From contig OW569349.1 of the NCBI GenBank assembly GCA_937625935.1, positions 124,001-188,000 of the forward strand: a stretch of 64,000 bases of DNA, read 5' to 3'. The notes under the pieces were generated by a model. It saw nothing but the letters and a program-made list of their open reading frames with translations, was not told the DNA's origin and did no database searches. The stretch is from Tetramitus jugosus (lineage: Eukaryota; Protista; Heterolobosea). Position 1 is the stretch's first letter; each line of letters begins with the position of its first letter. Position numbers and translations under genes: made by a program. Shown in pieces: positions 13,938-25,250 of the stretch.

Positions 13938-15688
13938 ATGAAACACACGTCATCTTTTCTTCTACTTGCACTCACTGTGCTTTTTGTGTGCTTGTCCTTC
14001 CATGTCTCGTACACAAGGGCAAACAACTGCTTGGGTTGCACCATTGCTGCCCGTGTCGTTTATCAGTTTATGGAAGAACAGGAGCCAAATGCTGAGAAGG
14101 CCCTATTCAAATTGTGTGACATGTTGTCTCCAAAGCTCAGTGCACCATGTAAGCTTTTTGTTTCTTTTGAAGGGTATGTGTTTTCACATGAATTTATAGA
14201 AGAGCCTTTGTGTTGGTGCGCAATGTGAATGTTTTTTGAATTGACATCCGGAAATTTGTGTGATCATGCTTTTTTAGACCTGCGTTGATCCAAATGTTGG
14301 AAAACAATGAGAGCCCCGACAAAATTTGTCAACATTTCAAGTTCTGCACCGATCCAACATGTCTCCTCTATCCAAATCATAAGACCAGTGGCCGCAAGTA
14401 CTTTTCAAAGTCTGCAGCTCAATCCGGAACAGAGCCTTGGTGGAAGAAGATTTTGGATATTTTAATGGAACCGTTTGTCAAGATGGCCAAGGATCATTTG
14501 CCACTGATTGACCCAGATCATGACGGATTTGCTGATACCTTCTCCATGAGAGGCAGTGCATGGAGAGGCAAGGATTGCGACAATACGAATTCTCAAATTT
14601 ATCCTGGAAGGAGAGTGGGAAATGATGGAGATGCAACTTCAGATCACAATTGCAATGGTATTTATGGTGTGGATCCACAGACACAAAAGACCTATGAAGA
14701 ATTGTTCTGCTCAGGAACGTTCAGACGAGGTGTTGCTGTTCTTGGTGATTCCGGAAGTGCTCACTTTAGAGTACCACAGCAACTCGTAATGAAGGGTGGT
14801 ATCAACAAGAAGAATTATCAACACATTTTGGGATTGATCCAAAATGAAGCTGATTGGCCTCAATTGAGCACTGTAACTGGTCATATGAATGATACCACAG
14901 GCTTAACTCCAGGTCCAGTCGATTCTATTTATTTGAGAATGAGACAGAGAAACAGATGTGTTCATAGAGATTATCAGAACATTGGTGTGAATGGTGCCAG
15001 TTCTGACAATGTCCGTAGATATATGCACTCGTTCAGACGTAATCAGACACATGACGAACCTGTTCTCTTGTTCTTGTCCTTGATTGGAAATGATGTGTGT
15101 GGTCGCAGAAAGTCATATGATTCATTTACTACACTGACCGAGTTCCATGACAATATTATTGACGTGTTAAACTATTTGGACACTGTTTTGCCTCCAAAGT
15201 CCTTTGTGACCTTTGTCGGGTTGGCTCAAGGAAGTATGCTCTACGATTATTTGTGGAACCAGACTCATCCACTCGGTACAACATACTCTGGTCTGTACAA
15301 TTACATGAACTGTTTGGACATGAGTCCTTGCTGGGGATGGATGAACACCAACAGAACCATCAGAGAAGCTACCAGCAAGAGAGCTGAGGAGTTGTCAACA
15401 GTGTATGACAAGATTATGCTCGAGAAGAAGGGACAGTACAGAAACTTTGATATGGCCTATCACAAGTTCCCTCTCGAAGAGATGGCACAACAGTACATCA
15501 AGAGCGGAGGTAATCCAGTCGATTTGATTGAACCGTTCGATGGCTTCCATCCATCTCAATTGTCCAATTCTCTTGTAGCAAAGGGATTATTTGAATGGTT
15601 AGAAAAAGAGCACCCAGAGGCATTAGGCCCTATCAACCCATACAATGCCCAAATTGACAAAATCTTTGGGGATCAAGGAGGATATTGA
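13938..15688 (+). CDS. AOAH: Acyloxyacyl hydrolase (saposin-B + GDSL lipase); 2 exons, intron 14174-14277
   Basis: Signal peptide, saposin Cys pattern, WRGKDC, DHNCNGIYG, catalytic GDS (VLGDSGSAHF), IGNDVC and DGFHP. Confidence 0.92.
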
Positions 15689-15839
15689 GCTATCTATGCA
15701 CCAACGGACAGTAAATAACCCTTCTCTAAATCGTAGTGAGGAGCTTCCTCGGTGACTCACTAATACAACCTCGCCCGAGAGCTCCTTCATGCCCAATTCC
15801 TATACATACTGCAGAGACCATAAACCGCTTTCTACAACA
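15687..15839 (-). ncRNA. Candidate structured ncRNA (three hairpins, H-box-like linkers)
   Basis: Minus-strand stems TGTTGTAGA/TCTGCAGTA, AGGAGCT-CTCGG/CCGAG-GA-AGCTCCT and GGGTTATTTA/TAGATAGCTC. Two stems need G-U pairs that work only on the minus strand. Linkers contain ATAGGA and AGAGAA (ANANNA). Confidence 0.4.
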
Positions 15840-16179
15840 GATCTTTTGAACCAACACCACCAAAAGGCAAATATTTTTACTTTCCCCCCGCTTTGTGAAA
15901 TAAGTTTTTTCCCTATTTTGTACAAGTTTACAGTAACATTGTCAATGTCACTCCCCATTTGGACAGAGGCGTTGCAAAATTCCCTGTTTTTCACATCTCT
16001 GTGTGCTCCTCATTGCAAATAACCAACAACCATTCCACTCGTTTTTTTGGAACGAATCGCCCCTCAAACACAAACAGTCACTCCACAACAATCCCAACCA
16101 GAACAACCACAGATTGCTTACCTTTCGTTGTGTGACCGAAGACAAAGAAAAACCATTCGATCAAAACAATAATAACACG

Positions 16180-18702
16180 ATGGCTCAAATACTTCGAAAA
16201 TTATTGAACCGCCGCAGTCAGAACAACAATCCACCAGTGGTCGAGGTCCACGACCGAGGAGAGACCAATACGAGTCACAGTAGTTCAGATGGTTTCGGTT
16301 CTGATGATTTCTCAAATTTTATCACCAGTAGTAGTAGTAGTATTACGTCTTTGTCTGCCTCTACGTCTTCCACTTCTCTGTCCTCCACATTTTCATCTTC
16401 ATCCTCTTCCTCATCATCATCATCATCACTGCCGACAACACATCGAGGACATTATCCTCAGAGTTCTTTTGACTCTCTGATGGTCGCACGTTCACATTAT
16501 CAACAACAGCAACAACAGAACAACAATAATAATAATAGCAACAGTAGCAACAAGAAACAAGAAGAAGGAAATTCATCACCGAGAATGATGACTACATCCA
16601 TGTCAATGACGCCCATCTCTAGAAGCAATAGCAGTGGTCATGGCAACAGCTTTTTCAATCGATTAGCTAGCGAGATTTCAACAAGTACGGCGAGGCGGCA
16701 TCATGCTTCTGAAAAGGCCAATATTTTTGATTTGACGGGTGATTGGCTACGGGAAATGACTGGCGGAGGTGGAGGTGGAGGGGGCTCAAGGGTCTCCTCG
16801 TCCAAGCACAATCAGTTGCTCGCGTTACAGGCAAAAATTATCTCACAGGATCAACAACAGCAGCAACAAGCGAGAAAGTCCATTGCTCGCAGCAGAAGCA
16901 TCAGTGATGGCAGTAACATTATCTTGGATGAAACAATGAACAGTCCAACCAGTTCAGTCATTGGTCAACTTGGAAGCTTTCTCAGTAGTGAACTAAGTCC
17001 TCCAACAGCTTCAAACAGTCCATTCAAGTTTCCTTATGACTCCAACAGTCCCATATCCAGTGATCCACTCTCTAGTTTTACCAATAGCAAAGAAAAGAGT
17101 CTTTTGCGAGCGATTCACACACTTCCCGTGACTGTAGACGATAGTTTTGTGCTAGAGGACGATGGTCACGGTGAGGATGCTGATGACGATGATGATGATG
17201 ACGAAGCAGCAAATGAAGGCGTAGGAGTCAGTGGTGACGGTGTAGGAGCAGAGCAGTACAACGCAGGAGACGAGAACGAAAAACATCAGAAGAGAGACAG
17301 TAGCAGCCACAAAAGTAGCAGCACTGTCAATAATAGTAGTGAAAAGAGAAGCAGTCGTCAGCACGTTCAAGAGGAATACGACGATGAAGAGATGATTGGT
17401 GTGGAGACAGAGATTGAAGAGGTGAATACAGAGGAGAATGAAACAGATGAATCGGATGGATCAGATGAGAATGTGACACGAGGGATCACATTGGACGGTA
17501 ACAGTGCTTATGACACATCCATTCTGTTCTCTGATGACTATGAAGGCATCTTCCAGTGTCAAACAATGGCCGATAAGCTATTCTATGCGTGTGCATTGTC
17601 TGCTGATCGAGGCCTGACAACATTAGGACAATTGTTGCAAATGACTGATCGTGGAGTATCAGACGTGAGCATATTTAGAAACAAGAACAGGAATAACATT
17701 AGTTTGCTTCATGCCGCTGCAAGAGCAAACAATGCTGCTTGCATCGAATTCTTGATCAAAGATCATAGGGCCAATATAGACAGCGTCGATTCCATTCTCG
17801 CAACACCTCTGCACTATGCATGCAGTGCCAATTCAAAGGCAGCTGTCATGACACTGTTGGCACATGGAGCCAATGTGAATGCACGTGATCGATATGACAA
17901 CTTTCCACTGCTGATTGCAATGAAGAACAATCATGTGCAAGTCATGAAGACACTAATATTGTTCAATGCGGACATTCATTTGAAAACAAAGGGCGGTGAT
18001 ACGTGCCTTCACATTGCATCTAGAGAGGGATATACGAAGCGTGTGAGGTTCATGCTCGGTGAACTGAAAATGTCTCCTAGCAGGTTGAATACGAACAATG
18101 AAAATGTTTTGTTCACGGGGTTGGCCCATCGTTCCATCACACAAATCATTTGTGATAAGGTGGAGGGATACAAGCTGTTGTGCAGAATGGTGACGGTGAC
18201 AAACTGTTCTGGATCCACAGTATTCCACAAGGCAGCTGAACACGGTTATCTTGAATCCTTCTTGGTCATCATACAAGCACTAAAGTTGAAAGAAGGGGGA
18301 GAATCTGATAAAAACAAAACACTAGAGGAGTTTATTTATCAGAGGTTGAATGAGTACGATATAGCAAAGGGATTCACACCTCTTCAATTTGCTGTTGCAG
18401 GCAACCATATCAGTACTGTAAAGTACTTGGCGTCATGTGCCCAGGTGGACATTGACAAGAAGGATGCAAGGAACGGAAATACAGCTCTTCATTTGGCCAT
18501 TGAGGCTGGAAATCAAACGATATGTGACATACTGATTCAGATAGGCAAAGCAGACACGACGATTAAGAACAAGAGAGAGTCGTGTAGCAAGATGGCCACA
18601 CGAGTTGGCATCAAACTCGAGAATCCAACGAAACGTTTTTCACTTCAAACGCTGAAGAAGAGCACCAGTGTTTTGTTTCGGTCGGGCAACAACTTAAGTT
18701 GA
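16180..18702 (+). CDS. Ankyrin-repeat protein with long low-complexity N-terminus
   Basis: Repeated TPLHYAC, TCLHIAS, TPLQFAV, TALHLAI motifs; first ATG at 16180. Confidence 0.88.
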   Translation: MAQILRKLLNRRSQNNNPPVVEVHDRGETNTSHSSSDGFGSDDFSNFITSSSSSITSLSASTSSTSLSSTFSSSSSSSSSSSSLPTTHRGHYPQSSFDSLMVARSHYQQQQQQNNNNNNSNSSNKKQEEGNSSPRMMTTSMSMTPISRSNSSGHGNSFFNRLASEISTSTARRHHASEKANIFDLTGDWLREMTGGGGGGGGSRVSSSKHNQLLALQAKIISQDQQQQQQARKSIARSRSISDGSNIILDETMNSPTSSVIGQLGSFLSSELSPPTASNSPFKFPYDSNSPISSDPLSSFTNSKEKSLLRAIHTLPVTVDDSFVLEDDGHGEDADDDDDDDEAANEGVGVSGDGVGAEQYNAGDENEKHQKRDSSSHKSSSTVNNSSEKRSSRQHVQEEYDDEEMIGVETEIEEVNTEENETDESDGSDENVTRGITLDGNSAYDTSILFSDDYEGIFQCQTMADKLFYACALSADRGLTTLGQLLQMTDRGVSDVSIFRNKNRNNISLLHAAARANNAACIEFLIKDHRANIDSVDSILATPLHYACSANSKAAVMTLLAHGANVNARDRYDNFPLLIAMKNNHVQVMKTLILFNADIHLKTKGGDTCLHIASREGYTKRVRFMLGELKMSPSRLNTNNENVLFTGLAHRSITQIICDKVEGYKLLCRMVTVTNCSGSTVFHKAAEHGYLESFLVIIQALKLKEGGESDKNKTLEEFIYQRLNEYDIAKGFTPLQFAVAGNHISTVKYLASCAQVDIDKKDARNGNTALHLAIEAGNQTICDILIQIGKADTTIKNKRESCSKMATRVGIKLENPTKRFSLQTLKKSTSVLFRSGNNLS

Positions 18703-18751
18703 AGAAGATATCATAAAAGTCATAAAAATTTTTGTAACTACGATCTCGCCT

Positions 18752-21652
18752 TTATGAAGTGGCCAGTTTGCTTGTTTCCAGTTCTTCAAATTTGATCGTT
18801 GGTGTTATCTCATAATCTTTCAAAAAATTGTAAGCGATGTCAGGATACAACTCCTTGAACTTTTTGCTAATGTTGACTTCAACAGCTCGCACCATCTTGT
18901 AATATCCAGCCATCTTGTGAATCACTGGAAACAATTTCATGAAATCATCTGTATGTCCTTGTTCCAGGAACACTTCAGCCACAGACTCCACGGCCGTAGA
19001 TGACACACCAACACAACAGTACACAAATTCCTTGTCCTCTGTCAACTTGGCCAGTTCCTGGGCATAGTGGAGCGCCATGTCTGGCAGCTTGGCTCGCTTC
19101 AGCGTTTTTGTCAAAGCACCAAATGTCAAAACCTTGAGCAAGAGTGTATTTTGAGGGGTCATCTCTGGTCCGTTCTTTTGTAGATTGTACGCCTGCATGA
19201 GCATGTCAATCAATGACGTCCAATTTGGATTGTCATTGTATAACAGCTCAGTTTCCACCTGACCCACCAGACAATACACTCGATCACTCATGGCACCTCC
19301 TCTTCCAATAGTCTTAAACATCTCTATCCGCTTGTCATATGACTCAACAATGTACGCTGATCCCAGGAGTGCATTCAAGTGCAAGTCTGATCCGAATACT
19401 TTGAGTCCATCCTCTGCAATCGTCTTTGCCAACGAAATGTATTGCATGGCACGTTGAAAATCACACTGTGACATGCAATAGTACGACAAGAGGACAAAGG
19501 AGCACCCGACACGATAATCCATCACATCGAAAGCATCCCCAGCCAATCGCCTCGCAATATGGAAAAAGTCCTGAGACAACTCATAATTGCCCATGATACA
19601 AGCACTGTTACACAGCAACGAATACATGAAAAAGTTGGTTTCGACCGTGTTTGGATTGTCCTTGATCAAATCACTCAACAACTCTGGTATCATGCTCGAA
19701 AAGGATCGAAATCCCGTTGGTATCAGCGTATGATCCGGATGAACATACTTGTCATAAACTTCTACAAAATGTGAAACGATCGATGTCAAATAACCAGTGT
19801 CGCATGAGGCCATGAGACGCGATGGTGAATCGTGGCTTCTCCTCTGTCTCTCCTCTATTGCAAATTGTTCTCGTCGTTCCATTGCGGGCCTATTCATCTC
19901 CTTGCTCATTGTGTTCAATGTACGATTCAAAAATTGATCAAAACTATTATTATTATTAATATTGTTTGCTGTGGCTCCGTTTGCCAGTGTATACGTGGTT
20001 CCACCATTGTTGACAGAGGAAGAGGAAGAAGATGCCAATAGTGCATCACTACTGGTTCCATTGTTGATTGTTTGCAACTGTCCGTGATACTCTCTGACAG
20101 CAGCCGAATCACTATTGTCACAACCGTCTTCATCATCATCTTCTGTCGTTTCTACTCTTCTTCGTTTTCGGTTCATTGCCTGCTGATGAAGAATATTCTG
20201 TTGTTGTTGTTGTTGTGCACTTGTTGCTGCTGCTGTTGTCATTGCTCCTCCCACAGTTGATGATTGCTGCTGTGGTTGCTGTTGTTGTTTGTGCACTAGA
20301 TCCAAATACTTTTGTTTCCAATCTTCTTCCTGCTGTTTCAGTCCTTCATTCTCCCGTTTCATCGTATCCAACTCTTCTCTAATCTTTTTGGCAGCATCAT
20401 TCTTTGGTCCTCTCTTTTTTCTCTTTGTGTAGACGCATTCGACACCCTTGTCAAAACAGTTTTTACATGGCCGATTACCATCACATTTTCGATGATGTTT
20501 TCTACACAGTTCACATGCAATGCTAGACTTCTTTTTTTGTTGTTGTTGATTCTGTGATAATGATGATGATTGTTGTTGAGAGAGTGAGGAGGGAGACAAT
20601 TCTTCATCGTCATTGTCACTACAATAGCTTTCATTGTGTGATACGAATGATGATGATGGTTGTTGTTGATGCAGTTGTTGTTGTTGTATGATTGCTGTGG
20701 TTGCTGCTGATGGTGTGACGTTGCTGGTGGTGGTGGTTGATATTGTTGTTGTTGCTGGTGGTGATGGTTGTTGATTGTATGATTGATTGACTTGTGTGGG
20801 AAAGTGTTGATGGAATTGCAATTGTTGTTTTGGTTGGACATAGCTCTGATTATTGGTTGAATAGGATGGTGATTGTTGTTGTTGTTGATGATGAAGAGGT
20901 GGAGGAGGAGTATCGGATGGAATCGTAGGCAAATACTGTTGTTGTGGTGTTGGTTGTGGTTGTAACGTTGTTCTAAACACTTGATTATATGATTGTTGTG
21001 GTTGTTGTTGTTGTTGTCTCGTGTGAGCATACTGTTGTTGTTGATTGTTCATGACAGCAGCAGCAGCAGCAACCACTGCAGATGTTGCTGTGGTGGTAGC
21101 AGTAGCAGTAGTGATCGGAACAAATGAAGATTGCACTTGTTGATATCGTGAGACATTGTTCGTACTATTGTAAACGGATGGTGAAGTGGATGTTTGTTGT
21201 GTAGTAGTAGGAGTATTTGTCTGATTGATTCTGATTGCTGCTGCTGCTTGTTGTTGTTGTTGATTATAGGCTACACTATTCGAAAGCATCTGTTGTTGTT
21301 GTGCTTGTTGTTGAGGTGATGGTTGTTGATATTGTTGCTGTCGTTGTTGTGGCTGTTGTTGTGTATATCGATAAAAATTCGTTCCATACTGCTGTTGTTC
21401 TACTTGTTGTGGTTGTTGTGGTGGTTGACCAACAAATGGTTGATAAATGGTTTGTTGTGATGACGATGATGTCACAGTGTTGTTACTGCCACTATTCGTG
21501 AATGCAAATTGTTGTGGTTGTTGTGCTTGTTGGGCAGTCATCAACGTAGCTGATGATGGAATTGGTTGTTGTTGTGATTGTTGCTGTGGTGAATAGAATG
21601 GAGCACCACCAACATGTTGTTGTTGTTGATGAGGTGGAGTTGAATAGTTCAT
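18752..21652 (-). CDS. Zn(II)2Cys6 binuclear-cluster transcription factor with poly-Q N-terminus
   Basis: ACELCRKHHRKCDGNRPCKNCFDKGVECVY followed by KKRGPK and a coiled coil. Confidence 0.9.
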   Translation of the reverse strand: MNYSTPPHQQQQHVGGAPFYSPQQQSQQQPIPSSATLMTAQQAQQPQQFAFTNSGSNNTVTSSSSQQTIYQPFVGQPPQQPQQVEQQQYGTNFYRYTQQQPQQRQQQYQQPSPQQQAQQQQMLSNSVAYNQQQQQAAAAIRINQTNTPTTTQQTSTSPSVYNSTNNVSRYQQVQSSFVPITTATATTTATSAVVAAAAAVMNNQQQQYAHTRQQQQQPQQSYNQVFRTTLQPQPTPQQQYLPTIPSDTPPPPLHHQQQQQSPSYSTNNQSYVQPKQQLQFHQHFPTQVNQSYNQQPSPPATTTISTTTTSNVTPSAATTAIIQQQQLHQQQPSSSFVSHNESYCSDNDDEELSPSSLSQQQSSSLSQNQQQQKKKSSIACELCRKHHRKCDGNRPCKNCFDKGVECVYTKRKKRGPKNDAAKKIREELDTMKRENEGLKQQEEDWKQKYLDLVHKQQQQPQQQSSTVGGAMTTAAATSAQQQQQQNILHQQAMNRKRRRVETTEDDDEDGCDNSDSAAVREYHGQLQTINNGTSSDALLASSSSSSVNNGGTTYTLANGATANNINNNNSFDQFLNRTLNTMSKEMNRPAMERREQFAIEERQRRSHDSPSRLMASCDTGYLTSIVSHFVEVYDKYVHPDHTLIPTGFRSFSSMIPELLSDLIKDNPNTVETNFFMYSLLCNSACIMGNYELSQDFFHIARRLAGDAFDVMDYRVGCSFVLLSYYCMSQCDFQRAMQYISLAKTIAEDGLKVFGSDLHLNALLGSAYIVESYDKRIEMFKTIGRGGAMSDRVYCLVGQVETELLYNDNPNWTSLIDMLMQAYNLQKNGPEMTPQNTLLLKVLTFGALTKTLKRAKLPDMALHYAQELAKLTEDKEFVYCCVGVSSTAVESVAEVFLEQGHTDDFMKLFPVIHKMAGYYKMVRAVEVNISKKFKELYPDIAYNFLKDYEITPTIKFEELETSKLATS

Positions 21653-22741
21653 AATTGATTACAAAATTTATACTACTACTTGTTATTGTGATATAGCTCT
21701 TGTTGTTGTTGATTTTTGTTGTTATTGTTGGATGGTGTAATACAAATTTTTGGTGATCTCTATGGGAAAGGGTGATTTTTGGGGGAGATATCTCACGCGA
21801 TGGGTTTTATGGAAGAAAAAAAGTTGGTGGGTGTGGTGGGTGGTGTTGGAAGTTGGTTAAACTTGTGGTGGTGAGAGGGTTTCTGATGCGGGTGAGTGGT
21901 GTGGCTTTTTTTCAATTTTTTGATTCGGTTGTTGCGTTCTGTTTCAACGATAACTGATTTGACGCTGCACTTTCCAGGCAAGAAACCGCGAAAGGTCACT
22001 TTTCTTTGATCGGATTTAGGCCTTCGATTTCTGCGTTTCCCCGAGGAGATGTTGGAAAGAGGCAAGGTTGAGAAAATCCCCTAAGAAGAGGGAGCTCCAT
22101 CAATCAGATGGATAGATCATCTGTCCAGCTCTAAGATATCCAAGCATTTTTTCAGGTGGTGGAACAGCAATAACAAGCAGGTCGAATCATTTCATCAAGA
22201 ATTTCTTCGTTTTATCATGCTCATTTCTATTTGCGAATCCCCAACTCATTGTATTTGGTCCAAACGCCAGAAGCACACAGAGGGGGATAAGAGGTCGAAC
22301 GTCATGTGGCAAGTTGGCACTTTTGAAACTGAATTTTAGCAATACCTGACGAGGTGCTTCGAGTAGCTCTTCATTGAATTGCAAAGAAAGGACTGGTCCA
22401 TAAAAGAAGGTGGTTGTTTGATGGCTCTATCACTGGCCAAGTCTAATAATGTTGTCATGAGTATCAAGGTTGTTCTTGTTTTGGGTTGAATTTTCTTGTG
22501 CCACAATCACTGCAGGTGAAGATTTCATCGACAACTTGTTCAAACTGTGCTAAAAACCATTGGTTCTATGTATGGAGTTGAAGTTCAGATTTCTGAGCAG
22601 AAAATACTGCACCTTTGATGCAGAAAAAACTTTTCTTCTGTCCCAGTATGTCAAAATTACCGCTCCCCAAAACCAATCCCGACTTCGGAAAATCAGAATA
22701 CTAATTTATCCATCAAAAACCCAAAGAATTCTGAGAAGAAG

Positions 22742-23221
22742 ATGAGGCTCTTTGAAGCTTATGGTACATGTCAGAATGGTATGTTTCTTATCATTTGTCT
22801 TGAAATTTCAATGATCATCACTCACTTATGCTGCGATGATCAACGACAGTCATGTTCAGACAAACATTGATTCGTGCATGTTTGAAGCGAGGTCTAGCAG
22901 CAGGTGCATCAAATGACAAGTCCAATAAATCGAGAGTGTTGTTTGCTGTTGAAGGACCCAATGATAAGATTGATGAATTGGTGCTCATTTTGAAGAGTGG
23001 CCAGAAACTGAACTCGTGGTATGTGCTCTGATCAGGTTTGCATTTTACATGACAATTCTGACAACCATTGTGCAATTATTAGGGGCGCCAAATGCGACAG
23101 CGTAGTAGAGCAGCAGATGCATTCGATTGAAGAAGATGCCATCTGCCTGGACCAATATCAGGTTACGACCAACAATGTGGACAACTTTCGTTGGAAATCC
23201 AATGTAGAGTTCTTCATTTGA
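22742..23221 (+). CDS. Small acylphosphatase-like protein; 3 exons 22742-22778, 22850-23018, 23083-23221 (not in ORF track as one gene)
   Basis: Two GTATGT..AG introns splice in frame to MRLFEAYGTCQNVMFRQTLIRACLKRGLAAGASN..LNSWGAKCDSV..VEFFI*. G-x-x-Q-x-V-x-F-R resembles the acylphosphatase GxVQGVxFR motif. Confidence 0.75.
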
Positions 23222-23284
23222 GTCAGCTCGTCATTGCTTTTGCATCATCAAGGGCAAAGAGGAAAGAGCCATGCAACAAGTATT

Positions 23285-24760
23285 CTACAATTCCTCGGCT
23301 CGCCGGAACACAAAAATCTTTTGCTTGTACATGTCGGCTACTGCAATCGTTGATCCATCAGGGGATAGAGCAGCCCTCGTAGGACACGAGAACAGATCGT
23401 CATTGGTTGCGCCAGCCTTGAATAAACACTTGCCTTCGTTGTTGCTCAAAATCTGGAAGCGATGATTGTCCGAGTCACAAACAAGTAGTTTACCTTGATC
23501 ATCGACTAATACTCCCTCAGGATTATTAAACTGACCGTCTCCTGATCCCTCTGATCCCAGCACTTTGATCAGAGTGCCCTCCCGGTCCAGCACATATATC
23601 TTGTTGGTGTCCTTGTCAGACACGTACATTCCTCCATCCACAGAGACAGAGATGGCACATGGTCTTTGATCCTCGAGTGCAATGGACCTTACATGCTCAC
23701 CCGTACTCGAGAAAATTTGAATTCTATTGTTGAAGTAATCACAGACGTACAATTGACCAGACGTTCTCTCAATAGAAACATCCATGGGCATGATAAATTG
23801 ACCATCTTGGATGCCCTGAGATCCAATCTTGAAAAGAAAAGTACCATACGTATCAAACACCTGTATTCTATGATTTCTCATGTCTGCAACAATAATGTTG
23901 TCATCCTTGTCTGTGACGACTGATTGAGGCCACATGAGCTCTCCATCGCCGTGCCCCTCTGAACCAAACGTTCTCAGAAATTGTCCCTGAGAGTCAAAGA
24001 CTTGTACTCTGTGATTTCCCTTGTCCGATACAAGGATATGCCCTTTGCTATCGATTGCAACACCAAAAGGATGAATAAATTCGCCATTTTGTGAACCACA
24101 AGATCCAAAGCTATTCACCAGTTGATACCTGTTTGCCAAATGATACTTTTTTGCCTCGTGATCATGAAGAGAAACCTTTCCACTGATTATTCGACTACTG
24201 ACATCAACACTACTACTACCACCATGACGATTGACACTATTCGTATTAAACACCGTCATGTTATTGAGCAATTGATTCAACTGATCCGACAATAACTGAA
24301 CTGATTGTTGAGTCAACTTCAATTGCAACTCCAACAATTGAAGTGCATTGTTATAGTTACTCCCATCTTGATTTATTGATTGAATTCCATGTTTCTTGCA
24401 CTGATTGTCCAAAAACATGACCAATCCATCCGGGTACTTTACTTTTCGCTCCATTGGCAATGCACCCCAATCATTCAAATCAAAAATTCGATTCTCGTTC
24501 AATCGTTGCAAATCCTGCTGGAAAAAATCTCGTTGTTTCGAACTGGTAGAGCAATTCTGTATCACATGTGAAATGTCCTGTACTGGTGATGATTCTTCTT
24601 CATGATGTTTTTGTTGTTGTTTTTTATTCGACGTCGTGTGATAGTCATGATATTGATGTTGGATCAGTAGTACTCGTGATGCTCTCTGATGAACGTGAAT
24701 AGGAGGAGAAAATAAGGGTTGTTTCCTCCTCATGAGATTTGCACTGCAACGAACAAGCAT
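23285..24760 (-). CDS. NHL-repeat beta-propeller protein
   Basis: Repeats such as FGSCGSQNGEFIHPFGVAIDSKGHILVSDKGNHRVQVFD; Arg-rich presequence-like N-terminus. Confidence 0.9.
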   Translation of the reverse strand: MLVRCSANLMRRKQPLFSPPIHVHQRASRVLLIQHQYHDYHTTSNKKQQQKHHEEESSPVQDISHVIQNCSTSSKQRDFFQQDLQRLNENRIFDLNDWGALPMERKVKYPDGLVMFLDNQCKKHGIQSINQDGSNYNNALQLLELQLKLTQQSVQLLSDQLNQLLNNMTVFNTNSVNRHGGSSSVDVSSRIISGKVSLHDHEAKKYHLANRYQLVNSFGSCGSQNGEFIHPFGVAIDSKGHILVSDKGNHRVQVFDSQGQFLRTFGSEGHGDGELMWPQSVVTDKDDNIIVADMRNHRIQVFDTYGTFLFKIGSQGIQDGQFIMPMDVSIERTSGQLYVCDYFNNRIQIFSSTGEHVRSIALEDQRPCAISVSVDGGMYVSDKDTNKIYVLDREGTLIKVLGSEGSGDGQFNNPEGVLVDDQGKLLVCDSDNHRFQILSNNEGKCLFKAGATNDDLFSCPTRAALSPDGSTIAVADMYKQKIFVFRRAEEL

Positions 24761-24826
24761 TTTTTTCGAAAATTGTTAGTCTCTTTGCTTCGTTTCTTGT
24801 TGTTGTTGTTTTCTTTTGTTAAATTC

Positions 24827-25189
24827 TCACACTCGAGCTACGTGTGGTTCAAAGATTTGCGCAATGAACACGAGATGACAATCATCAACCAGGAAACACA
24901 AGTGACGGATCGAAGGCACATAATAGCTGAACACGGCACCATTTTGATCATTTTTGCGATGACCAATCACACATGCCCAATCACCTCCAAACTTTTGTGA
25001 GAAGAGTGATGTGAATTGTTTGGCAATGGAAGCGTAGTATTCAGCATTGAAACGATTGGTGAGTTGAGGAGAATTGTTTTTGTTGTTGGTCAATGTAGGT
25101 GTTGGTGTGGTGAGATGGAGAGTGGCACATTGATAGGCATATTGAGTGTGGTCCGTGTTGAACCCAGAGTTTTCCCCTAGTTGGATCAT
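24827..25189 (-). CDS. Divergent dynein light chain LC8-like protein
   Basis: IAKQFTSLFSQKFGGDWACVIG resembles LC8 IA..IKKEFDKKY..TWHCIVG; start uncertain. Confidence 0.6.
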   Translation of the reverse strand: MIQLGENSGFNTDHTQYAYQCATLHLTTPTPTLTNNKNNSPQLTNRFNAEYYASIAKQFTSLFSQKFGGDWACVIGHRKNDQNGAVFSYYVPSIRHLCFLVDDCHLVFIAQIFEPHVARV

Positions 25190-25250
25190 GTTTGTTGTGT
25201 TTTCCAAGTGATGTATTTGTTTTTTGTTCTGCGATTGAGCTTTTTGTGCT

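Noticed and set aside
15795-15836. snR30/U17 m1/m2 motifs on the plus strand (AATTCCTA, AGACCAT)
   Set aside because: The basal stem flanking the motifs is missing and G-U pairing favours the minus strand.
20359-21501. Alternative-frame Asn/His-rich and Val-rich ORFs and (CAA)n arrays
   Set aside because: These are by-products of poly-Gln microsatellite coding in the Zn2Cys6 gene; not CRISPR and not separate genes.
22090-22560. Coding-like intergenic stretch, possible pseudogene
   Set aside because: All frames are interrupted and I recognise no motif; it cannot be assigned without a search.
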